From: Podarcis vaucheri
Lineage: Eukaryota
NCBI GenBank assembly: GCA_965113315.1
Contig: OZ220368.1
Direction: 5' to 3' (one strand)
Length of the DNA stretch: 64,000 nucleotides
Position numbers and translations under genes: made by a program
The notes under the pieces: model-generated
Databases searched by the model: none
What the model saw: the letters and a program-made list of their open reading frames with translations, nothing else
Told to the model about the DNA's origin: nothing
Shown: piece by piece, positions 38,041-48,134 of the stretch
How positions within the stretch are numbered: position 1 is the first letter of the stretch
Layout of the letters: each line of letters starts with the position of its first letter

Positions 38041-41000
38041 GTAAGTCAGCGATTCCCTCCTGGCAGGCATCTGTTCCGATGCATATGGAGCATAATCTAT
38101 TTACTGTTTTATAGTCAGGCATTGGAAGGCAAGACCCCTTGGGTTCAATCTTTTCCTAGTTCTGCAGGCGATTTGTACCTTTGCGGAAGCCATTTAGCAC
38201 CTCTGCACTTCAGTTTGCCCATCAAAGAGTTATTTTGAGGGATAAAGCTATTTTGTCAAGCAAACTGACACCCTTGACTGTAAGAGGCTGCACGGGTAAA
38301 TAATTATGATTATGCTTGTCTCCACATAGCAATAAAGCAGCACATATTGCTCCACTTATACAATACGCACATTTACAAATTGCAGAGGGAGAAGACTTCA
38401 TTTTTAATGGGTTAAGACGTTTGCTGTCTCTCTCACTCTCTAAAAAAAAACTTAGCCTATTTTGCTCAAGGTGTAGTATGCCATGGCAACAACAATATAG
38501 CTTCATCATCCATAAACATTTATGGTGAAAATATACTGCACTGTCTAATTAATGATACTCCCCCAAAAGTATTCACCAGATTGGGGGGAGATGAAATACG
38601 TAACCGTTAACACTATGCAATGAAACTCACTTGAATTTCCCCAGGCTCCATCCTTATTGCCATAATTCTCTTGTGCCATCTGTTTGACAGGGATGCAGAA
38701 TAAGCATAGATAGTAATTGCCTTTTAAGAAAATCCATGTTCATCAGGAGACAATTGAGCTATAGTGAAGCTATGGCAGGTGACTGAACATTTGAGGCATC
38801 CAAGTGATCTTTCACAGTGTTAATTTAGCATTAGTTCAAGCCAAGAGTGAAACATTTCCTTTTGCGAACATGTAGGACATATAACAGGACAGGCCTTCAA
38901 TACTGAGCTTTCACTCAAGCAGGGGTGCCGATGTCTTTCTTGCAACAGTTATGATCAAAGTTGTTCACATGCTACACTCCATGGATGTACAGTTTGTGCA
39001 AGTGTGTATACAAACGGTTCAGCTGTGCAACCAGTTATTTACGTACCATGCACAACAGTTTGTGTACACAACAGAGCTTAAAAAAGTGTGCATTCTTTCA
39101 CTAACAGCTGTACATGCACAGAGGCAGCTTGCACCTATGTTCAATATAATGTAACAAGTCTCAGTGTAATCAGGGGAAGTGCAAGAGATACGGTGTAGGG
39201 ATGATGACTATGGCTACACACGCTCTATAAACATTTAAAGCACCTCCCAAAGAATGCTGGGGTCTGCAGTTCATTAAGGGTTTTGGGACATGTAGGGGAC
39301 AACGTACAGTTCTCAGGATGTTTAGGGGAGATGTGCTTTAAATGTTTGGTGTGTATGAAGCCTATGCTTACTACCCCCACCACCCAACCTCTGAGAAGGG
39401 CAACTCTCAGCCACATTTGTTTCTCGCTTGGTTGTCTAGGTCACGAATGATTTGACATTCCCAGTGGGGATGTTAACAAAGGCAACAGCATCTCAGTGCT
39501 TCCTTCAGAAATCTTCCCTAGATGATGCTTGGATATATTATAAGTCTCCCTAATGTTGCTAAGATAAATGTTCAAAGGCTGGACCTAGTCCAGGTAGAGG
39601 CTTACCTGTCTCATGGGTGTCATGTTTGCTATGCTAAGGTTTTTCTCTTTAGTTCAGTTTATTATACCCTGCCACATGGGTATCACTCAGCAATGAAGGG
39701 TGGGTTTAAAATATTTCAAATATGGGTCTGTGACTGCATAATAGCATTTGATTCATTTATAAAATAAACTAAAAATTATTTTCAGTCTCCCGACCAAACA
39801 CAGACTTGGTTTCAGTGTGGTGGGGGCCTCATATGCATTCAGAATCTACCCTATCTTATGATGATTTATTTTTAATTTGATGTGACATTTATCCTTCCCT
39901 ATTTAATCTAATAAAAATATAAATTACAAAAAAGGTTTTGATTTACAGTCCTAGATTTCATATACCAACCACACTTCAATTTTGTTTTCCTCGGGTTAAT
40001 TTTTCCTTTGTTTGTTTTTCTGTGCCTAGTGACCTTTCGTTTCAGCAGATAAAGAATTGACTGACACACACATGAAGTTAACAGCACATCCCATCTGTTT
40101 TTGAATTTGTAGATTGTGCATCCCTTTATAGATTTATAGATCACTTTCTCAAGTCCCCATCTTAGCTCCTGGGAAGGAAATTTCTTGTGCTTTAATGGAA
40201 AAATGGGACACATTACTGTGACAGTTTAGAACCAGCTGAGTGAACTACCAATGTGCATGAAATGAAATACAAGCCAAAATGCAGCAGTCTGTGATGATGC
40301 AAGGCAAGGCACTCAGTTTGAAATGGTACGACTCAGAGAGTGCTGTACTCTTGCATTAGGCTCATACAGCACTCTGGCTCTCCTCTGGCTGATTCCTCAT
40401 TTCACAAATCACACTACTAAGCTACCTTTTTTAAAAAAATAACACGGGCAGGATGTTTTCAAGAGAAGAGAACAAGATTTTATTTCATTGGTCCATCTGT
40501 CATTTCCAGACATTTATGTCCTTCTCCATCACCATTTCCTAGTTGTCATCAGGCCATTCCATCCTATATTGCAGTGATCTTCAACCTTGTGTCTCTAGGT
40601 GTTGTTGGACTGCAAATCCCATTATCCCTGAACATTGGCTAAAATGGCTAAGGGATATAAAGTTGTAGCCCAACAACACCTGGGGACACAAGGCTGAAGA
40701 ACCAGCAGTAGGCAGCATGTGTGTCTCCACATGTTGCTGTACTCCAAGTCCCATTGCCCCCAGACAGCATGAACAATGGCCAAGGATGATGGAAGCTATA
40801 TGCTCTGTATGATGGAACAGGTACGCTCTGTAAGAAGTCTGTACAGTAAGGGGAAGCTGTGGTCCCTCAGATGTCTTTGGACTACAATCCAACATCTGGA
40901 GGGCCATGGGTTGCTCACCCCCAGCCCATGGCCCTTGTTTCTCTCTCCATAACCTTACACTCCTGGTCATAATGCTTGGCATTTTGCTACTAACTGGTAC

Positions 41001-41739
41001 AACTTTAACTCCCAAGTATGCAGTAAGCAGGTATAATTATCCAAGGAAACAACCAATTGATGTTTAGTGGTTTGTCTCTACCCACCCCTTTAACTTATTG
41101 GTTAGGCTATGTTTCCCGAGTGGTTGCTTGGAAAAGCTAATTTCTTTTCATAACTGGAAATGAAGTTTTTCTGGAGGAATTTAACAACCATGTCTCTTTT
41201 ATAGCCAATTAAAAACTCAGTGGTAGCTAGGAAAAAGTCTTAATCCCCAGAGCCTTACATTGATTTTTATATTCTTTTATTTATTTTGATTTCCATTCTG
41301 TTCTAATCTTAGTATTCATGGCAAGTAAATTGCAGCTTAAAAATACACCCAAAACTAAGCGCTGCCAAATCAGAGCAAATCCCCATTGATTTTGAGGGGC
41401 CTACTCTAAGTCTAGATCCAGCCCACTGTCAAGAGCTCCAACAAATAAGACCAATAAGATTAAACACACACTTTTAAAAGTGTGCTAGGACTGGGCTCAG
41501 AAATATACGTAGTCCAAACATGGTAATTTAGCAGTGCTATAGAACATGCTTTGATGAGCAGCAAAATATCTCATAATTATGGCATCATACAATTCTTTCA
41601 TAGGACGAGGTTGGGTGCCTGCCTATTTTTTAAAATACAAGGTGTTATAACTAATGGCCCCAAATAATGTTCTACTTAAGCTGTGAAAGTTTATTGAGCA
41701 TCAAGATTTTAAAAGAACAAACACAAAGTATTCATACAA

Positions 41740-42164
41740 AGGGACGGAGGAGAAAATGAACTTGGCATGCATTTAAAGCCAAATCTATCAAATTTCCACT
41801 TTCCAAAACAATCTGCAAAGCAAAACACAGCTATCCTTCAATATATGCACTTATCTCAATTTGCAATGCAGTTCTCCAACCAAACAATGGTTATAAAAAT
41901 GCATATATTAGGGGAAAGTGAATTGAAGGCATTAGTGAAAATAACATAAGATGCATTATATTAAGGGAAATTGCTTGCAAAGATATGTACATTAGTCAAA
42001 AAATGTGTTTATTAGGAGAAATTGGCACTAAAATGCTGATGAATTTTAATGAGGTTTCTTTAAAAGAAAAGAAATGCAAATTGCTGCAAAATGTGGAGAA
42101 CAGAATTTAAGTCTGGAAACATGAGAAACCGAGAGAACTGACAACAACAGATCCTTCCATCCCT
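41740..42164. mobile_element. AT-rich non-autonomous DNA element (hAT-like AGGGA(C/T)GG termini)
   Basis: AGGGACGGAGGA ... TCCTTCCATCCCT; interior (aaatgcatatattagg, cactaaaatgctgatgaattt) recurs at about 16780-16990 and 28530-28950. Confidence 0.6.
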
Positions 42165-42329
42165 ATTTATAGGCCAAACAGGTATGCCTCTTCATGCATG
42201 CATATGGTATCAACATGTGGTTTACAAATTCTGTCCACATTTGTCTACTTGTATTAAGAGGGCTAAATTGACTCCAGCTTCTGTTTGTTTCTCCTTGATG
42301 TCTCCAGTCCTCACTCAAATCACCAGACA

Positions 42330-42530
42330 GTGAATCTTCAGGTACAACATCAAGATATATTCTACCTCCACTGTCAGAGGGTATATACTTCTGAATGCCA
42401 GTTGCAGGGAATCTCAAGTGGAGAGAATGCTGTTGCGCTCAAGTCCTTCTTGCAGGCTTTCTGGAGGGCCATGTGAGAATAGGATGTTGAACTAGATGGG
42501 CCTTTGACCTGATCCAGTAGGGCTCTTACT
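42330..42530 (+). mobile_element. Old CR1 3' UTR fragment
   Basis: gtgagaataggatgttgaactagatgggcctttgacctgatccagtagggctctt; similar at 45688-46150 (-), 48480-48560, 58180-58262, 60220-60330. Confidence 0.65.
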
Positions 42531-42700
42531 GTCACAGTTATGGGCAGAATGTTCCATGTTACTTTTTGGAAACCCTAGGCACGAAGCATTGCTCAGTCTG
42601 ACTAGTAGTTTGGAAGAAACCCTCCCTTACCAAAATAGCTGATAACTCTTGGAGACTTTCTCTTTTTTTGGGTGGGGGGAGGAAGTCTGCCCTTGAACTA

Positions 42701-42936
42701 CCGTATTTTTTGCTGTATAAGACTCACTTTTTCCCTCCTAAAAAGTAAGGGGAAATTTGTGTGCATCTTATGAAGCGAATGCAGGCTGCACAGCTATCAC
42801 AGAAGCCAGAACAGCAAGAGGGATTGCTGCTTTCACTGTGGCTTCTGAGATTCAGAATATTTTTTTTCTTGTTTTCCTCCTCCAAAAACTAGGTGTGTCT
42901 TGTGGTCTGGTGCGTCTTTTAGAGCGAAAAATATGG
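42701..42936. mobile_element. Tc2-like MITE, 236 bp
   Basis: TA|CCGTATTTTTTGCTGTATAAGAC ... GTCTTTTAGAGCGAAAAATATGG|TA. Confidence 0.8.
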
Positions 42937-44802
42937 TATGTGTCTTGGGTAACTTGCTTGAGTTAACACAATCAACTGTTCTGCATACACCTTGCTGCGT
43001 TAACTGTTTTCTGTTTGGGGCACAAGGTAGTGTAGATGGTACAGGCTGAACTGCAGTGCAGGGTAGTGGCAGGTGGGCAGTGCTAACTGTTAGGCAAGGG
43101 GTCAGACAAGATTGCCTTTTTAATTCCTTCCTATTCAATTATTATTCATACACAAATAGGTAGGCACACAATCCCCTTTGGGAAAGTTCTGGTCCCTCTG
43201 TGCTTTCAGGCGGAGAGCTTTCATGCTTCAAGCATTGCTTCCCAAACAGTTTACATGCACCAGTATGAGATCTTGGCAATTCATGCGTTGATTCTTGGCA
43301 GCTCCCTCCATCTTGGTCTTTAACTCTCCTAATGGGTAAATAACTGCAAGTCTGTGAAGTTCTCTGGCAGATTCTCAAGCCTCTTGTGAGTGTCTCGGCT
43401 TCTTTCCGCTTGTAGTTTCTGAGCACCTCCTACTTGGAGGATAAAAGTATTTTTTATGAATCTGCCTGGATTATGGTACTTGGGTTACTGCTATAGTTTT
43501 GCCCAAAGGACTTTTTAGACTGCAGGATTCTAACTCTACCCAGTCATTGCTCTTCTGCTGCAAGCTGCTTGCACAATTGCAACTGCAGGTGCTTCCAGGC
43601 TATTGCCATTTTCAGATGGGGTTCAACCACATACCAGGTAAATTCAGGTTGAGTAAAGTTAAACCAGTTATGGTTGATTTGGCATTCTCATGCAACAAAC
43701 TCGTTCCCCTGTCTACCTGACTTTCTGCAATAAGGAAAGTGCTTAAAAACCACACATCTTTAAAAAGGCAGAGGTCTATTTCTTCAGTCTCTATCAAATG
43801 GAAAGTGGTCATATGAAGGGCATGCATTATCAGATTCAGCCAACATTTGCATTACTTGGCAACCTATTGATGAATAGAATTTTTGTACACCAGTATAAAT
43901 GCATCTCAGATCAAAGTTCCTCTGATACAGTAGCACAAAGCCATCCTCATTCAGCAGCTTCTTATTAAGCAAGATGGAGTTCAAACATGCATTCTGCATG
44001 TCTTCATAGATTTCCTCATTAACTTTAATATCAGAGAAATCTCTACATGCCCACCTTCATTTTGTGCACAGACCATCCCTGAATCTGGAAGCCCATGCTT
44101 ACTGGGGACTCCACATGTCTACTAGGACTTAATGGCTTCAGTTCTGAGACCCACATATGCAAACTTGCCATGTCATGAGCGACACTACTAGCAGTGACTC
44201 TAATAGAGAGGGAGCAGCTTAACAGAACCACTCACAGAAGTACCAGAAGTCCTGACACTGAGCTCAAGTCTTGCAATGTGAGAACCAAAAGTAAGGACTT
44301 TCATTGACTACTGTCTCTGAGCGGGACTCCATAGAGGTGCCAGCATCCTTGCTCCTTAGGGCCCCACATGACAAACGTATTCACCACTGCAAGCAGCATG
44401 CCTCGCAAGCAAGAATGGGCTGAGTAGTCCAATTCCTTCCCATTTTGGATTCAATAACATTCAGTCATAGCTCTGCACCATCCTACTTTATCCAGGTTTT
44501 GAAAGAATGCATGACAAACCCACATTTAAATGCATGCCTTTTGTGTGCCTGTTTTACATGATACACATACTTTTGAAATAAACTTCAATGTTTTTTGATG
44601 CATTTTCAATGCACTCTGTCTGCATTTTTAAAACATAAATTGCATATTTTGTGCACATTTTTTTCTGTGCTGAAACTGCACAGCATGATCTGGAGAAGCG
44701 GGTTGCATTTTTAATCTCAGTCAAGTTCAGGAGTGTCAGATTGGCTTGGTCTGCTGAGAAAAGAGGACCAAAAAAATCCTTCCTCTGTCCCTGCCAACCT
44801 AG

Positions 44803-44839
44803 ACAACAGAGGAGCAACACAATGCTAGGCTCTTGAAAG
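44803..44839 (+). CDS. Candidate exon (phase 0-1; TTEEQHNARLLK)
   Basis: Long pyrimidine tract tccttcctctgtccctgccaacctag, donor AAG|gtaagg, single open frame compatible with the downstream exons. Confidence 0.45.
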
Positions 44840-45395
44840 GTAAGGCACATGAGAGGCTATTAGGCATAGGAACAGGAGAATTCTGCTGCCTTCCTGTGCT
44901 AGTTGGAATGTGTAGCCTCTTCCTGGGCTTTTTTCAGGTTCCTGAAAGATCTATACTCAACCCTTGGCCTCTTCCCTTTTGGGTAGCTACTGCCTCTGCA
45001 AATCAGTTTCCTACTCTGTCTGTCTGCTCAAGTCCACTATGTCACCTGGTTCCTACACACTCCCATGCTCATCCTCAGCAGGAGTGGGCATGCTGTTAGG
45101 TTTATGATTCTCGAATGCTCATTTCCCCTACACAATACAATGAAGAAGTTCTGCCTGTGCTCACACAAATCCATTTTTATTATTATTATAGATAAATGCC
45201 TTGTGGATTAAAGAGATGGCTTCAATACCTCACCGACCCAATTTACACACAGCTGATGAGTGGCCAAGTTGGCTGTATTGGAAGTATACTTAATATTCAT
45301 AAAGACTGGGTCCACTCCGCCTCCGTTTCAAAGCTAGATTCCTATCTGGTCCTCTGGATAAAGAAATAAGTTAGTTTGACTCAGTGTGGTTTTAG

Positions 45396-45440
45396 ATGCA
45401 CAGCACCGACACAGAAATGGAATATCCGGCTTTCAGTTAG
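45396..45440 (+). CDS. Candidate exon (phase 1-1; DAQHRHRNGISGFQL)
   Basis: ggttttag| ... TAG|gtaatt, 45 nt, phase-compatible with neighbours. Confidence 0.45.
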   Translation: MHSTDTEMEYPAFS

Positions 45441-46468
45441 GTAATTTTAAACATCTGATTTATATTCATGAGGTATTTGACAGACACCATTTCAAAAGCT
45501 TAGATATTGTTTAAATTTACCAAACACACTTGAATCTGCACTCTGATTTTCAGGCCCAGTGGTTTCCTGATAAGGACAGTTATACCGTAGTTCCATGCTA
45601 CAGGTATTTTATTCAGAGATCAACTCCTATTGACTTTCAAACCTCAGATTATGGATGCTTTCTGGGCTGTAATACATAAATCCATTAAGAACATTAGAAG
45701 TGCCCTGCTAGATCACACCAAAGGCCTATGTAGTCCAGCATCCCATTTCGTACAGTGCCAAACCAGATGCTCAAAGGAAGCCTGCAAGTATAACGGGAGG
45801 GTAATAGTCCTTTTCCACTGTTATTCTACAGCAACTGTTAATTCAGAAGCATGCTGGCTGTGATCCTGGAGGCAGCATATAGCCATCGGGAGCAGTTACC
45901 ATTCATAGCTGTCTCATCCATGAATTACTCTAATCTCTGTTTAAAGGTGTTTAGGTTGGTGGCCGTTAACACACCTGGTGGCAGTGAATTCCATAGTTTA
46001 GCTATGCACTGTGTAAAGCAGTTCCTCCTTAGTCCTGAATCTCACTTCATTTAATTTCAATGGCTGACCCCTGGTTATAATCTTAGAAGTGAGAAAGAAA
46101 AAAATATGTCCCTCTACCCATATTTTTCATACCATACATAATATTATAAATCTCGCATTAAGTTTTAAGTTTGCTAAGCATGGCAAATGGTATTTTATCT
46201 TTGTTGGAACATGGAAATGGATTGCTTCTCAAAGCAAGTTGGTAATCTATGCAAGGAGTGCAAAGAACTAGGCAGATAATATATTTAATATAGAACGTTC
46301 TGCAGCAGAGTATATGATTGAGTTAAAGCAGAGGTGATTATTAAATGTTACTGTTCTTTGGCATGGTTCCTGAAGACTTTATTCGGTAAGCATTTGTCAC
46401 TTTATGCAAAGACTCTATCGCTGCATATTGTACTGAGGAGTCTTAGCCTCTTTTCTGCCTTTTCTTAG

Positions 46469-46500
46469 ACGATCCAAATCTCAATTTTTGGAGATTACCA
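46469..46500 (+). CDS. Candidate exon (phase 1-0; DPNLNFWRLP)
   Basis: Very strong acceptor cctcttttctgccttttcttag and donor CCA|gtaagt. Confidence 0.6.
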
Positions 46501-46928
46501 GTAAGTAGTTATTGACATTGTACATTTCCAAAAAAACCTATGATGCAAGTAGCTAAAAACTACAAGAAGAATTTAGAGTTATCTGAGAGAAGTAAATGAG
46601 ATAAGTGCTTCTCTGGCCCACATTGCTCACATTCTTTCTCCCTCCCTTTCTCTCTCTCACACAAAAACACACACTTATGGCACCACTATAAGCAGCTCTG
46701 GTTAATGCCTGGAGAGGTGACTTCCTAGGAACCACATGCCTTGGGTTCCATGATGGAAGAAGGTGGAATAAAAATATAAGAAAATAAAGTAAAAATGCAA
46801 ATACAGCATGCAAGCAAGTAACATTAGAAATAAAATCCACAAATACAATAAACTCTCACAGCAATGGCAGTTCCTAAAACTTTAAACATTTGAGATTCTA
46901 TGATGGATTTTAATTGTTCTTATTAAGT

Positions 46929-47078
46929 GCCCCTAGTGTTGCAATGGGTCAATGCATCTGGCTGTTAACCAGAAGGCTGGTGGTTTGAGCCCACCCTGGG
47001 ACAGCTGTGGGCAGATTCCTGCACTGCAGGGGGTAGGGGACTAGATGCCCCCTGGGATCCAATGCTACATTCTATGAT
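46929..47078 (+). mobile_element. tRNA-Asn(GTT)-derived SINE with CR1 3' tail
   Basis: GCAATGGGTCAATGCATCTGGCTGTTAACCAGAAGGCTGGTGGTTTGAGCCCACCCTGGGAC (tRNA-Asn-like) plus ATTCCTGCACTGCAGGGGG...GGACTAGATG...ATTCTATGAT. Confidence 0.8.
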
Positions 47079-47214
47079 ATGTTTTTTTAAACAACAACAA
47101 CAACCCATTTGATATGTAGTGCTTAGAAATTTAGAATATTAAGTAGTAGGTAAATATCTGAAATAAATAAATGAATAGCATTCCAAAACCTCAAGTCTTT
47201 AACAATCTCTAGGT

Positions 47215-47545
47215 CAGGGGTCTGCAACCTTTAAGACAAAAAGAGCCACTTGGACCTGTTTCCGAAGGGAAAAAAACTGGGAGCCGCAAAACCATTGCGA
47301 CATTTAAAACAAATATATCTCCGGAGCCGCAATCTGACAGCGGGCGGGAAGGTGACGTCGGGTCGGTGCGTGACTAACGCACGCACCTCCCCCATGCGAT
47401 GTCACAGCCAGTACAGCGCCCGCCACAGTGGGGAGTGTCGGGGTGCACAATGCGCCTCCTCCCCTTGCTAGTATCCGCCCCGGAGCCGCGGCAAAGGTGT
47501 AAAAGAGCCACATGCGGCTCCAGAGCCGCGGGTTGCAGACCCCTG
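47215..47545. mobile_element. Young non-autonomous hAT (Charlie-like) element, 331 bp
   Basis: Perfect 15-bp TIRs CAGGGGTCTGCAACC, perfect 8-bp TSD CTCTAGGT (47207-47214 / 47546-47553), CpG-rich. Confidence 0.93.
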
Positions 47546-47834
47546 CTCTAGGTCGTCTTTGCCTGCATCCATACAGGCATGTTGAAAGAGGCATTTGCCC
47601 CACTCTCTGCTTTTCACTTACCTGAAATCAGCACCATCTCCCAAACCCACTTATTAGAGCACTCAAGGACTTTCCCAGAGAGCAGCAGGGCTGGCATCCC
47701 TAGCAGAACTTCTAGCTATTCTAAGTCTCCACTAGCAGGAGCACGTGGTGTCTGAGTTAGGGAATGGGCACCTTCACAGTAGGCTAGGTGTCTTTATATA
47801 GGTATCATCTATCCCTCCCGTCTTTATTTTCCAG

Positions 47835-47981
47835 ACTTTGGTTCATGACCTCAATTACACAGATGCCACCAAGCGAGCAGGCACTGGCCCTCACAGGAAC
47901 TTTCTGTTTCACAGACATCACAGTTACAAAACTGTCTTTCCTCATCAAAGTATTTCTGCTTCACTGATTGAGTGGGACTGA
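47835..47981 (+). CDS. Candidate terminal coding exon (phase 0; TLVHDLNYTDATKRAGTGPHRNFLFHRHHSYKTVFPHQSISASLIEWD*)
   Basis: Strong acceptor ccctcccgtctttattttccag, 48 open codons in the phase left by 46469-46500; AATAAA at 48849. Confidence 0.55.
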   Translation, partial: TLVHDLNYTDATKRAGTGPHRNFLFHRHHSYKTVFPHQSISASLIEWD

Positions 47982-47987
47982 GTCTTG

Positions 47988-48134
47988 CTCAATTTGTGTG
48001 ATGTTGAAGCTCAGCCAAAATCGAGCAGGATAGAACATAGCGATCTCTTTCATGCAGAAGAGAACCTTGTCTCTAGCAGAGATCACTGTATTCTGTGTTG
48101 CGCCAGCTTGAGCTTCAGAACCACACAAATTGGG
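47988..48134. repeat. Imperfect inverted repeat of about 150 bp (probable decayed palindromic MITE)
   Basis: caatttgtgtg/cacacaaattg, tgaagctca/tgagcttca, agaacatagcgatctct/agagatcactgtattct. Confidence 0.8.

Noticed and set aside
45234-45353. Minus-strand coding exon (tttatccag|...|gtgagg)
   Set aside because: Stops in all three frames; overlaps a + strand candidate; a non-coding exon cannot be excluded
46929-47003. Functional tRNA genes (also 8519-8583 and 21340-21410)
   Set aside because: Decayed stems and boxes, fused to CR1 tails; these are SINE heads
47290-47540. CpG-island promoter (also 7650-8000 and 27000-27240)
   Set aside because: CpG richness is confined to young TEs
47979-48040. 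TGA as selenocysteine with a downstream SECIS
   Set aside because: No canonical AUGA/GA core with correct spacing; too close to the TGA; the hairpin is better explained as a palindromic repeat
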